Shown: positions 37,935-51,189 of the stretch, one piece after another
Layout of the letters: each line of letters begins with the position of its first letter
Numbering within the stretch: position 1 is the stretch's first letter
Source of the DNA: Macrostomum lignano
Lineage: Eukaryota
Length of the DNA stretch: 64,000 nt
Direction of reading: 5' to 3'
Assembly: GCA_002269645.1 (NCBI GenBank)
Contig: NIVC01003080.1
Span: 1 to 64,000 of the forward strand
Made by a program: the position numbers and the translations under genes
The notes under the pieces: generated by a model
The model's input: the letters and a program-made list of their open reading frames with translations, nothing else
Told to the model about the DNA's origin: nothing
Database searches by the model: none

Positions 37935-38247
37935 CGATCACGAAGCTCGCGCTGCTGCCATTCAGTCGGACGTCGGGCACCGCCACACCAACCCGGCCGA
38001 GCTGCTCCAGCAGCCGGTGCAGCAGGTCGCGCAGACGCATCCGCAGCACCGGGCAGACGCTGACGCTGGTGTCACCTTCGCTTCCGACGCCACCCATCAA
38101 CGGCGTTGTCCGTCCGCGCAGCGCCACCCTTCGGCGCAACAGTTCACTCAGCCGCTGGACCTGGTCTGGGCGGAGCACGCTGAAGCGCCGACAGTCAAGA
38201 TCATCTTTGCTAGCAGCAATCCGTTCACTAACCTGGCTGTTACTCAT
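37935..38247 (-). CDS. TENT5: TENT5/FAM46 coding exon 1
   Basis: MSNSQ...FSVLRPDQVQRL...DVRLNGSSASFVI G|gtagga. 313 nt (104 codons + 1), phase-compatible with the exon starting at 18838; intron 18839-37934 is 19,096 bp. Confidence 0.9.
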
Positions 38248-39599
38248 TATGGTTGCGCCTGCTTTTCGACGGTTAAGTTTCTTCCAGATGAAATCTCGCT
38301 GTCGATTCTTGTGTTCGCCTGCTTGCAATTTACTTTAGTGTCAAATATTCAGTGGTCGATCCGCTCCCCTCAACTGAAGCTTCAGCTGTGCAATTAAATT
38401 TCAGCAGTGGTCCAATCAGGTGTGGATCGCCGGTCAAGGCCTTACAGACAGCTGAACTGGCTTCTGTATCAGTCATTGGCTTCCCGAATAGCCAACCTCT
38501 GAGCAGTTTCCAAATTTCTGGGAAGAAAACCTAGCTGGGATGCAGATTCATTTCTGAGACCTTGCTTCATTAGACTGATTAAAGTCCGCAGCACCCCAAA
38601 CCAATACCTGAGAACTGCTAAAGGTATAATGCCTACGCTTATAGGGAGAAGAGATTTCTACATTGCGACTCTCTAAAAATTCCCCTTTTGATGGGAGATC
38701 AACAAACCCATATTCGGTTGCACATCCCAAATCCTTGGGATTGTCACTGTATCGCAGTAGGTTGATTGCTGCGCGTTTCTGATCAGGATATACAGTTTCT
38801 TCATGGAGTGAAGGGTTAGAAAGAGATTCGTCTGCTTCTGATGTCATGAACAGATCGAGCATGAACCTGCCTACCCTTCAATATGCTTCAGCCTCTCTCC
38901 ATTACAGTTTGCGTGTCCGGAGTTCTAAAGCTCTTTTCTTGGCACTGACTTGTTGACAAGTATTGCTAAACATTCAACAAATATGCGACAAACGCTTATT
39001 GCGACACGCAATTATGGTGCAGCATGAGTAGCAATGGCCGGATCTTCTGAGTCTTGGACTGTATCATGTACTATCCCAGGATGTCGTCTTTAACTACAGT
39101 TAATTTCAAACATTTATGAGCTGTGGTAACCGTATGTATGCAGTATGTGCCGCAATATGATACATGTACAGTATAATACTGTACAATATACATGTACAAT
39201 AAATGTTTGTCAGAACATATTAATTACAAGAAAGAGCCTCAGCTGCTTCTACCGGAATTTTTTTGGGCAAACAAAACCAGCGTTTGAGGGTTTGAGGGTC
39301 GTCTGAGGGTGTCGATCAGCGCCAATAAATTAATCAACGGGCAATCAAAGTCTAGAGAGAAACTATAAAAATATTATAACTCCATGCTGTATTGATATAA
39401 TAATCATGAAGTACGCTTCATTTGCAGCAGTTCCCGTGGATTTGATTGTGCGGTTCGACTATCCGGAAATCTTGGCATTGAGTTCCCAATAATTTATAGA
39501 TATTCAATAATTACTCAAGTACATGTATCATATCCTGAAACACATTGCAGGGTAATTTCCGTTGTACTTTTTAAAATGCGTCGTTAAATATTAAACTTA

Positions 39600-42559
39600 C
39601 TTACTTACTTACTTACTTACTACCGACGGGGGGCAGAGCGCCGCGAACAGGCCGCGAGGCCCCTATCGCAACCCCAAGCTAAACAGAAACAGAAAGGCGT
39701 TAGCCTTGGGGCTGCGCCCACCCCTCGCCGGCAGAAGAGCTCGCGAGAGTGGCGTCTGCGATTTTCATCCGCCCAGAATCCCGAACGAATGCACATAGAT
39801 CACGGATACGGTCCGGAGTGGTGAGCTCGTCAAGCCTTAGCGGGTGACCGAGGTGACGCCTCCGCGCCTCGTTGAAGTGCGGGCAGAAAGTGACGTGGTG
39901 CGTCGAGGTTTCCTCCTCTAAATCACAGAATGGGCAGATAGGGGAGCAGCCACTTTGCAGTGAAATATGTCTCTGGAAGAAGCCATGGCCAGTAATGACC
40001 ATGCACATCTCCCTCAGGTCAGTTTTACTTAAGGAGATTAGATATTCGGATACTTTCCGGTTAATGGCAGGCATAGCCTTTCGTGCTTGCCGGTATTCGG
40101 AGCAGCTGTCCCAGTGAGTCTGATGCTGGCGGTTCAGCCAATCTTGAATGGCGCGGTTGATTGATGACTTCGGAGAAGGTAACTTGACTGAGCGTTGCGC
40201 TCCATCAGGGGTGCAACCCCGCTTGGCAAGCTGATCCACAAGCTCGTTGCCGAGGATGTTGCTATGACCTGGTGTCCAGATAACATTGATCCTGTTGAGA
40301 ATCGCTAGGGTCTGCAAGCTTTTGAGGCAGTCTGAGACTGACTTGGTTGAGAGCTTGATAGAAGACAAGGCCTTAATAGCGGCCTGGCTGTCAGAGTAAA
40401 AATAAATGTCAAAGCTGCTGATGCCAGCTTTGTGCAAATGCTCAGCGCACTGGTTGATAGCTAAAACTTCGGATTGAAAAACCGAGACATTCTCACCAAG
40501 ATGAAGACTCTCTTGTAAGATCGCTTCACCCTTGTGGAAAATGGCAATGCCTGCACCAGCGAGACCGTCACGCAGGGATCCGTCAGTGAAGCAGTGAATA
40601 CCCTGGCTTCTCCGGTTGATGCCCACGTCCAGCGGGTGACTCCCTCTCGGTGGAAGAGTACACTTGAAGGCCCTCCTGAGGATGAGAGTGGGGGATCTGC
40701 AGTCCACCTCGTCTAAATTGAGGTGGATGCGTTGAAGATCGCGACGGATATAGTCCAGATGTGGGAAAAGAGTCTTCTCAGGCATGAAGCCCGAGGGCGT
40801 GTTAGCAATAAATTTATCACAGATGAGACGCGCGGCGCCCTTCATCGCCTCAGCTCTAATGAACAAATGCAGCGGAGGCATGCTGAGGATGGTGTTGAGC
40901 CCCTCGTAAGGGGTGGATGGATACGCACCGGTGATGGCTCGGCAGATGTTACCCTGCAGCTGGTACAACCGGTCCCGTACAGTCTTCAACTCCAACGCAC
41001 TGGACCAGATAACACACGCGTAGGTGATACTGGGCCGAACGATGCCGGTGTAAATCCATCTGACCGTCTTGGGAGAAAGACCCCAAGTAGGCCCGATGGC
41101 TCTCCTCACCTGCGCAAAGCAGCGCCTGGCGCGCCCGATGACATTGTCAGCGTGCTTGGTCCAACGCAGATCGTGGGTGAGCGTCACACCTAGATACTTA
41201 GTTTCCTTGACTAAGGGTATGTCCTTACCGTAGATGGTGAGGTTCCGCATACTCCACTTCCGCTTCCTGGTGAAGATAATGGACACCGTCTTAGCGGTGC
41301 TAATGGTTAGGCCGTGCCGGGTAGCCCAGGCTTGCGCCTTATCGGCGAACTGCTGCATTAAGCTTCGGAGGGTACTGGTGTCAGGGCCACTGACAATAGC
41401 AGCGACATCATCAGCGTAGCCAGCCTTGACTATGCTGCTGGGGACGTCAGCCGTCAGGAGCTCGTCCATCACGAGATTCCAGAGCAGCGGGGTGAGCACT
41501 CCACCTTGGGCTCCGCCCTTAGTAACCGTGTGAGTGCAGGTGGCATCCATGAGGGAGGAAGTCACCTTCCTGTTCCGGATCATAAAGTCGATCCAACGCA
41601 CAATGCTGGGTCGGACCTTTTTCTGCAAAAGGGAGTCACTGAAGGAGCCAAACAAAACGTTATTGAAGGCCCCGTCAATATCGCAGAAAAGCCCACAGGC
41701 AATCTGCTTACTCAGGATAGCTTTCTCAATGGCTGAGGTAATAACATGCAAAGCGTGAAGCCAGTCCAGTCCGCCCTTTTTAAATTGGGACGGTTCGCCT
41801 TGGTGACGCGAGCGCCGCCAGCTGTGACGCTGAAATGGATGTAGAAATGGTCCGAGAGCGAGGGGATGTCGTCTCTGACCCTCCAATTTTGAATCCGATT
41901 AAGGATGCTACTGGACGTAAGGGTGAGATCAATGACCTCTTTCCTGCTAGCATTCGCAAAGGTGGGTTTACGCCCCAAGTTGCAAATATGCAAATTCGAG
42001 GTGTTAATGAAATCAATAAGCATACTACCTCTGAGGTTAGTGTTACTGCTAGCCCACGCAGTGTTGTGAGCATTAGCGTCGCAACCAATAATGAGGTTCC
42101 GGTTCTCGATGATACAAAAGTTTGCGAGATCCTGCAGGAGGGGTGACGGAAGTTCATCCTGAATGTCCATGTACACGGATGAGAAAATCATCCCGTTCAC
42201 GGTGAAGGTACAGATGTCTTTATTGCAAAACATCGGCATGAGCATGGCTGCGAGCTCGTACTTGACCAGAGCAATGGCCCTAGGGGTTTCCCCTCCAGAG
42301 AGGAAGAGGATCTGGTAGCCTTTCGGCAGCAGGGTGGGCTTACCTCTCACGGTGTAAGGCTCCTGGATGAGGTAGATGTCAACACCGGTGCCATCGAGGG
42401 TGTCGGTGAGGCTGCTGGAGGCTGCGACCGCGTGGTGCAGATTAATCTGCACGATGTGCAGGTTAGGATCACTGTTTTGCGTGAGTGTGGTTAAATCATC
42501 ATTGGACCCACCCGCCGGGTTGGTCCTCAGACGGTCACGCCTCAAGTTAATATTAAGTT
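39600..42559 (-). mobile_element. Non-LTR retrotransposon (APE + RT + RNase H, I/Loa-like group), 5'-truncated and internally deleted
   Basis: APE (QINLHH, IQEPY, GCDANAH..W, SDH) at 41712-42545; RT ([22 protein letters not shown]), RNase H (TDGS, SDSQAA, WTPGH..GNELVD) and a CCHC knuckle at 39700-41790; (TAAG)n tail at about 39596-39622; TSD AATATTAAACTTA at 39587-39599 and 42560-42572. Confidence 0.9.
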
Positions 42560-45500
42560 AATATTAAACTTAACATTTTACTCGTATTAATTGAAATATC
42601 TTTCGAGGTTCGCAAAACGTAAATTTCTTGTCATTACAGTCGTTTTTTCCTGTCCGCATGATGTCTACCACAAAAACCGCGATCAAGTTCTCGCTGCTGC
42701 TGATCCACGCATGCATCAACGCGCCATGTATGCATCAATACGTGCCTTAAGCTTCTGTAATTCTTGTATACTAGACCATTGACCGGATCAGCTTATTTGC
42801 CTCTCTGGCCAAATCGGCCGGACTTGGCATACTAGCCATGCAGCTAGCTACTGCATGTAATAACCGTAGTACATGTGCTGTAGATGCAACAAGGACTACT
42901 GAAGTAGATACTACTCAAGTAGAAGCCTACTAGGTCTCTCTACTTGAGTAAGTAATCCTTGGTATATAATTGTAGGTAATTGCAACAGCAAAGCAAAACG
43001 ACCAATATCACAGTCGGACGACCACATGCAATCCGTTATTATATTGTTTGTCTCTCAAATGTCAAAATTTAATAGCGAAATAGGGCCAGATACTTAAGAG
43101 TGCTGACTAAACTCTAATAATCGATCGTAAGCATTTTTTCAGTTGCGTTGCGATAGTGCAAAATCGCTGATCGCTGATCGATATCAAACCGAGGCCACGA
43201 TTTGACATCGATTTTGACTTTGACATCCGGTTTCAAAGATATAATCGTGCTTAAAGCACAACTGAAATATTCAGATAGGCAAAAGTATTATCCTGAGATT
43301 ATTTTGAGGTTGTTGCATTGTAGATAGCTTGCCTAGAGGTGGACGCCAAGAATATTTTTTTACTGATCGTAATGCATACATTAGCGCGCGAATTTGAATA
43401 ATCAGAACTTTACGCCACGCGCTCGATCGATCGGCGATCGCTTTATTTATTATGTATTTATGCTATGCAGTATAGTGCCCATTTAGCATGTTTAGTAGAA
43501 TTTGGCGACTTGTTATAAAAAACAGGCTGCAATATATGTAATCCTATTACATTATATAAGAAAATAAATATAACATTAGGCCTATATATCACAATAGTCA
43601 ATATTATGTTAATATGTAATTAGTAGAAATATTATGCTTGAAATATCTGATGTATCCTAGGCCTATTATCCTATAAATAATCTTTTAAGTCTAGTTTGGC
43701 CCTATTTAATATTAGGCCCTAATAGCAAAAGTAAATCATTGCCATTATAGAAATAAAGGCCTAATTTAGACTTTAGTTTGATTACCTATCAATACTACCA
43801 TGCAGCAAGCAAGTTTGTCAACAACAAGACAGACTTGCTAAAAATTTTATTCCTTAACGCAATGAGCATAAATTTCTATAATTCAATGAGCAAAATATTG
43901 CCAAAGACTTCAACAAGACTTCATGAGTGTACATTCTAAATGCTATTGTGTTGTGCATAGGGGCCAGTGTTGGGCACAGGTCCGATACTCTGATAGTATT
44001 GCCGATACCATTTGAGTATCGGAGTATCGGACCTTGTTACTTTTTTCTCAGTATTGGACCTTGGTATTGCCAATACATTTTCGTAAGTCTAATAACTGAT
44101 ATATTTAATCAAACTAATAGTAATAAATTTGACTAAAAAGCCTAGAAAGTATTAAAGAAAGTAACAGGAAGTAAAGAAAGGACGTTCTCCATGCAAAGCA
44201 TACTCCACTGTCCAATTCGACCCTCATGAGGCTGGTACTTCTCCGGGGCAACCAGCATATCCCATTTGAGCCGCTCTGAATTGAATTCTAAAATGATATT
44301 AGCTATCAAGCAAGTAGGTTCCTGTTAAATTGTCATAAATTTAATTTAATGAAAGTCAAATAACATTTTTTCTAATCAATGAGTTGGCATTTTTAAATAT
44401 CATGCACATTATTATTTTTGTATCATCTATCATGTAGTCTTTTCATCTTAATGTACTATGTAGGTGCAAATGCTAATATAAATATAATGAAAATTCATAA
44501 CAATATTTTGCCCATTTAATCTTCTTCTTTGGTCAGCCACATCTCACTAGAGTCTTTAATGTCTAAAAATTAAGTAGCTAAGAGCTTTTTCTTCATTTTT
44601 GGCTTGATAGATGCAAAAAAGTGAGAAAAATGCAAAAATGATGTATCGGACCAACAAATATTGAATGTTGGTTGACTAAAGTGAAACAGAGTTTCAGCAG
44701 CTTAGACCATAGACTGTTTAAGGAGAAGTGGCGTTCATCAAAAGTGAAAGGGAGTTTCGCCTAGATCTGGATGCACGTTTCCTTACTTGCCTATATAAAT
44801 AGATAGAAGTGTAGCACTACAAAGCTTAGCTGTTGATACTGAAACGGAGTTTGTTGATAGTGAATATAGATTTGGGGCTCCAGTCTAAAAGTGTCTAAAC
44901 TGAAGTTCCGACTGTCTAAAGTGAAATGGAGTTTGTTCAAAAGCAAGGGTAAAATGGTGTATATTCTACTTAGTTGATTATCTAGATGCAAGTATATCAA
45001 GAGCTAGTCTATTGGGTGTTTGTGTGCTATGTATGCTTTATTGCACTTTACTGCATCTTTAGAGTGAAGCAGGTCACTTTAATTCAATTTTTATTCCAAG
45101 TTTGTTTATCTCCTTAACTATTAACAAAGGTTTTATTTGAGTATAACTTCAGATTTCAATGTGTGCGAAAATAATTTTGGGGATTTATTGCAATTCAGTC
45201 GATTCAAAATCTGCAGGTTTTAACAGGTTGTAAAAAATAATAGGCCTATATATCAAATAAAAACTATTCAACTTTGTTATCTTAATATATATCTTCTCAA
45301 TAGGATTTTGTATTTCAATTTTTAGCATATACTCGTAGTAAAAATATACTAACTGGTCAATAGCATATTATGCTCTTTATGCTCTATATAATTATGCTCT
45401 ATATAAGGGCATGCTTGATACAGTTTTCTAACCTATTGAATAGGCAGTTTCAACCCACTTTGGTAAAAGAATTTTTGGTGAAAGTCAATAATGGCAAAAA

Positions 45501-46599
45501 ATACTTTTGCAATGACCATTTTGTTTAAAGCTGACCATTTCAGCAAAAGATTTGTTCCAAGCTTTGCTAAAGTTTTTTTAGAAGAAAGTTAAAAAGAAAA
45601 ATGACAAACCTTATAAAGACTTATTTTATTGTGACATGTTTTTGTTTTGTCACAGTTTAATTTAGTTGTTTTATTAGATGCCCTTCCATTTTAGCAGGAT
45701 TTCAAAGTACAATTTTAGGAACTAGAAATCTGAAAAACCACACTGTCATCATCCTTAATCTATCAACTGCATATCAATAGATTGCATGTACATAACATAG
45801 CTACAAGCTAAGTCATGAGTTTTTAAATTTTTAACTGCAAATAATTTGCAGCAATGAACAATTTATTAAAAGTTTCTATCACCAAAGTGGTATATTTGCA
45901 CTACGTGGTACTCGTATATATGTAGCTCATCTTTTTGCTGAACTGGTCACTTTCTTTTGCCAAAATATATATCTATTTAAACTAAAGATTCACTTTGCTA
46001 AAGCATCTTTTACCAAAATTCCTTTGCCAAAATTGGCTACACCTGCATAGCCCTAGGCAATGACTTTAACTAGCTGACCATATCGTCTAGTCAAAGGCTG
46101 CTGCTCAAGCTGCAGGGACTATACAGGTAAGGCCAAGGCAAATGTCCTTTCTTCTATTCTCAACCCCTCTTCCTTTTCCTTTTTTTCCTCTTTTTTTGCC
46201 CCTTTTCTATTCTCTCTCCCCTCTTTATTCCCCTCTTCTTTCTCTTCTCTCCCCTCTTCTTTTCTTTTTTAACTACTTTCTCTTTTTATTCTCTCTTTTT
46301 TTCTCCTTTCTGAAGCTATTACTCTAGATTGGCCATTGCCTACCTATTCTTTATGGCTAAAGTGCAAGCTTTAGCCTTTGCACTTGCTTAGAACCTAAGC
46401 ATCCAGAAGAGTTGGGTGATGGCCAATGCTTTTGGGCTCTGGTTTATAGCCTTCATCCACAATTTGATCATTAGAAGCAAGTCCAAAGTGAAGTTTGATA
46501 GTTGGTTATACTGTTTTATGAGATTTAAAGTCACCTACTTGAGGACCCTCTTGCCATTAACATTTCTATATCGAATGCAACATGCTATACATCCTAAAC

Positions 46600-48650
46600 C
46601 TAGTTATAAGAGCAGGGGTAGTTATCAGGAAATAGACTTGACCAAAATTTTTCTAGCTGCTTCTTAGCCTTGAGCTTGACTAGGCACATAATTTGAACAT
46701 TGGATATTTCAAGGTGCAGATCCTCAGTCCAATCCATTGGAATTACAGTCAATAGTTTATTTGCAATGCATAACACTGTGTCATTGAAATTGAATTGATT
46801 GAACAGTAGATACTGTGGATCAACAAACTTAAGACCCCAAAGCAAATTATTGCAGTGGCAATTAGCTAAAAAATTGAGTGGCCAATTTGATATAGAATCT
46901 TTGATCACTTTCAAAGAATGCCAATTGATTCTTTGGAGACAAAGTTTCTATCAGTTTCTGCATCAAAGTGCTAATAATAAGCTCATCATTTGGCAATTGA
47001 CTTATGATTGACAATATCACCTTGAACAAAACATCAGTTTTTGACCTAAGAATATGAACTTAAGTTGCTTCACTCTGAAAAAGCTTTTCAAAAGCCTCGC
47101 AACATGATGGAGCTTGTTCTAAAAACAAAAGGCTAGTGTGTTCACTTGTAGTTAGGGATTGACCGTGATCATGATCACAATCACAAAACTGTAATTACAA
47201 AAAAATCATACAGTTTTTTGCCAATCACAATTATGAGTTTCCTAAATTAAACCTTATTTAAAGCATTTAAAGCACAACCAGAGCAAACCAGTTGCAACAA
47301 ATCAGTGTAGATGTAACAAAGCCATATAATAAAATATGTTCAAACAGTAAACATGATAAAACAAAGCTTTAAAATCAATAAAATTATTCGACTTTGTAGT
47401 ATTAATATTAATAATCCTGTGTTTAAGTTAAAATGTATGTTATAAAAAATTCATTGTCACAAATTGAATTGCAAATTGAATCAAATTGCATTGGTTTTAC
47501 GCATAGTGTAGTTCTAATCACATACAAAAAAATCAGTTGACCCCTACTTGTGGTTATATGCTGCTGTATATGCCAAGCTTTTGGACTAGTCAAGTTGTTC
47601 AAATTGTTGAAAAGGGTTAAAAGTACCTCCTATTGCTCTAGAATGCAACTGATCATTAGGAGGACTTGAAGCCACCAAGTTTCAAAATGGCGAAAGAATG
47701 CCTTCTTCTTGGCTTTTATGTCTTCCTAAAGCTGAAATTTAATGCAGGGTTAGTTAGATATAGGTCATGCAATGTTTATAGTTATTAGTACTAAGTGCAA
47801 TTAATATGCAATTACCTTATTGAGCAAAATGCACCTCAATTCATTGCAAAAAGTTATAGACATTGTCAAGTAGCTCTTCAGTCTTGCCGGCATTGTCAAA
47901 GGCTTTCAACTGCATACTGTTGTGTATATAGTGCAGGCTGTAGCCACCAACATCCACAAGATTTAGCATGCTTTCTCTGAACTTTACAATTAGGCCATTA
48001 TTATTGCCAAAAAAATTAGTGCATGTACATGCACAAATACATGCAGTTATGAATGTGGATCTAGAATTTATATTCATGAGTCCTTGATTTGCCTTACCTC
48101 GCATTGTATTGCATGAGTCTGTCATTAGAGAAATGATGCCTTCAAATGGCAATTTAGAGCAATGGAGCATTGTCTATATGACAGACTTCATGCCTTCAGT
48201 AGTAGTGTCCGTCAACTCCTCAACTAAAAAGAAAGAGCAACTGCACTTTCTCCAGTGATGAGTTGAATGACCAAGCTAGCACAACAAACCATGATTAGTT
48301 ACACTTTGTTCCTTCATCTAGCAGGATTGAGAATGGTGCATTTTTGAATAGCTGCTAGTATTTCTTGCTTTGTGTAAGGAGCAATGGCTTCATTGATGAT
48401 AAAAGTGGTCTTAGTTCTAGCATAGGAAAACAATTTAGCAACTTTGCTGTCACCAAAGGCAACTGGGATGAGATTGGACACCTCATCCATGACATAGAAG
48501 GCTTGGTCCTTTTTCACCACTAGTGCAAAGAAATGCATGCTTGCTTCTACTGATTTGGTGCTGACTTTATTGCAGCTTCTCAGACTGTTCAGTGGACTTG
48601 GATTTGAAAAATCTAGTGCAGTTTCTAAAAAAGCACAGTGCACTGAAATA
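46600..48650 (-). pseudogene. Decayed hAT-superfamily transposase remnant
   Basis: Fragments FGDSKVAKLFSYARTKTTFIINEAIAP and SLMTDSCNTMRGK..GGYSLHYIHN resemble hAT transposases; many stops and frameshifts. Confidence 0.65.
47153..47546. mobile_element. hAT-type MITE nested in the transposase remnant
   Basis: TAGGGATTGAC...GTTGACCCCTA ends with a 7/8 TSD (CTTGTAGT / CTTGTGGT). Confidence 0.55.
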
Positions 48651-49274
48651 GTGCACCAGCAGTCACACTTAAGTTTTAACTTAACTTAAGACTTAACTTA
48701 AGTCTTAAATTAAGAGCTCCCTTTGGATAGAGAATAGGGGGAACTACCCAACAATGTCCTCATTATAGCTAAAATGCTGTGCAAGATGATAACAAACTAG
48801 TACACCAACTAGTGGAATAGTAACTATTGAAGTTTTGCTAAAGAGTAAAATATTAACAAATTGTAATATACAATATATAGGCTAGTCCATCCTACTCTTT
48901 ATCCTTATCCCAAATCCTTACTACCCAACAAACAATTTTATAAAGAGAAAACTTTCTGTTTGCTTAGCAGAAAAACTGCTGAACTGTCAGCAATTAAAAA
49001 AAACTGGCACCTATTGTAATAATGAATGACTATGCATTTAGATTCAATTAGAGGTTTTGTTAAAGGTGCTAAACATGACTATAAAGTATTAGATTGGTTT
49101 GGTACATGCATTGACTAACTGCATATTTTTGCTAATTTTTTTGCTAGTAAGCAAGCACGCAAGCAAGCACAAACCTTAAAGATTTAGTATATTAGATATA
49201 ACAACTAATGTAATCAAATGGTCATTCCATACTACTATAACCATTATGTAAAAAATACATCTTTGTCCTTGCAG

Positions 49275-51189
49275 GTCCAAAATTGATGATGTCTGACGAT
49301 GCTGAACCTCCATTATTGACCATTCAAGTCATTCGGCCAACCCTGCAGCTCGAACAGCAGCCGCGCCCAAACTGCAGCAATGCCGCCACTGCCGCTATCG
49401 ACTGCGCCCTCTGTGGTAAAACATTTGCCAAGCGTAGCAGTCTTATTAAGCACATGAGCCGAACTCATCTCGGCAATGAGCGAGTCGACTGCAGCGTGTG
49501 TGGCCAGACACTTTCATCGCCTTCTGCTCTTGGCAGGCACATGCTGCTGCACACAGGTAAGGGCCTTTGACTTCATTGCTTTTTGGTTAATTGTTTTAGT
49601 AAATCTGTCTTGTGGGCACCGGCCGAAGCCTTAACCGGATTAGAATGTGAGGGCCGCTGTACACCCTGTGTGAGCGTGCGTATGAGTCATACATGCGCAA
49701 CCTTGGGAATCACTCGGCCGTTTCTATTGGCAACCCTCACATGTAAGTCGCTATTGGCTGAGAGCAGTCACGTGACTACTATTCCGTCCAATAGTGACTT
49801 ACATGTGTGCGTTGCCAATAGAAACGACCGGGTGAATCCCAAGGTTGCGCCCAAGCATGGTATGAGTGCGTGCCTGCGTATAGTACTGGCGCGCTTGTGT
49901 GTGCTCAGGAGTCAGCGGAATGGGCAGAATTGCTTCAGGGCTGGTTGTGGGACCATGTCACTGAATTGGCGTTGCTCCAGAGTTATTCAACCACCCACCC
50001 AATCACCCCAATCACCCTCCCCAATCATCCCCATCACCCTCCCCGATCATCCCCATCACCCTCCCCAATCATCCCCATCACCCTCCCCAATCATCACCAT
50101 CACCCTCCCCAATCACCTAAGTCACCCCCATTACCCTCCGCAATCACCCCCATCACCCTCCCCAATCATCCCCATCACCCTCCCTAATCACCCTCTCCAA
50201 TCACCCCATCACCCTCCCTAATCACCCCATCACCCTCCCCAATCACCCAAATCACCCCATCACCCTCCCCAATCACCCAAATCACCCCATCACCCTCTCC
50301 AATCACCCCATCACCCTCCCCAATCACCCCATCACTGTCCCCAATCACCCAAATCACCCCATCACCCTCTCCAATCACCGAATCACCCTCTCCAATCACC
50401 CCATCACCCTCCCCAATCACCCCATCACCCTCCCCAATCACCCCAATCACCCCATCACCCTCTCCAATCACCCTTCCCAGTCACCCTTCCCAGTGACCCA
50501 TGCGAGACTCACGTGACCATTTGCCGCACGCGTCAGGCTCTGCGCCATTCCGTTGCTCGTTCTGCGATTCGGCGTTCCGCAAGAAGGTCGGCCTTCAGCG
50601 CCACCTGGACAGTTGCCACGGCAATAGACAGCTCGCCAGCCTGCCGCGCAGTCACACGTGCGCCGACTGCGGCGCCGGCTTTCTGAGCTCCAGCGCGCTG
50701 TCTGTCCATCGGCGCGGCCGGCACGCCGAGCCAAAATTTGCCTGCGATGCCTGCCCGGGGCAGAGCTTCGCCAGGGCCGAAGACCTCCGGCGCCATCAGC
50801 TGGCGCGCCACGCGCCCAGACATGAGCGCCCGTTTGCGTGTCCCGTCTGTTCCAAGTGAGTCGCGGTCGCGGAGTGCTTAGATCGTATTTTCGCTTTGAT
50901 CTAAATTAATTGCATAAACGTTTTTCTCCGAAGACGTTTCTGCCGTCGCGAGCAGCGCTCGGCTCACATGGCTGTGCATTCGGCAGCTCTGCGCCATTCG
51001 TGCAACCTGTGCCCGGCCGCGCTGATCTCCGGCTCCAATCTGCGCGTCCACCTCGCCAGGGTGCATGGCGTTGTTGCCGCGACTGTGGCCACGGCTGCTA
51101 CGGCTTCAACAGAGGCTGACGGTCGCAGCAGCTCGGATTCGGCCTGCTTGTTGAATAGCCTTGTTGCGGCTCCGGATCTGTTTACCTGA
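49275..51189 (+). CDS. C2H2 zinc-finger protein (exons 49275-49556, 50537-50855, 50934-51189; a 5' exon is probably upstream)
   Basis: Seven CxxC...H..H fingers. Splicing restores [21 protein letters not shown]; GT/AG sites are in phase. Confidence 0.88.
49990..50480. repeat. C-rich minisatellite (CACCCCATCACCCTCCCCAAT)
   Basis: Directly visible in the zinc-finger intron. Confidence 0.9.

Noticed and set aside
38548-38862. 104-aa minus-strand ORF upstream of TENT5
   Set aside because: No recognisable motif or supported splice connection; cannot be called without a search.
42912-42950. 12-bp hairpin as a Helitron 3' end
   Set aside because: No correctly spaced CTRR terminus and no Rep/helicase sequence.
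43964-46055. Two further hAT-like inverted-end pairs (about 43964/44663 and 45405/46055)
   Set aside because: The inverted similarity is weak and the flanking 8-mers do not match as TSDs.
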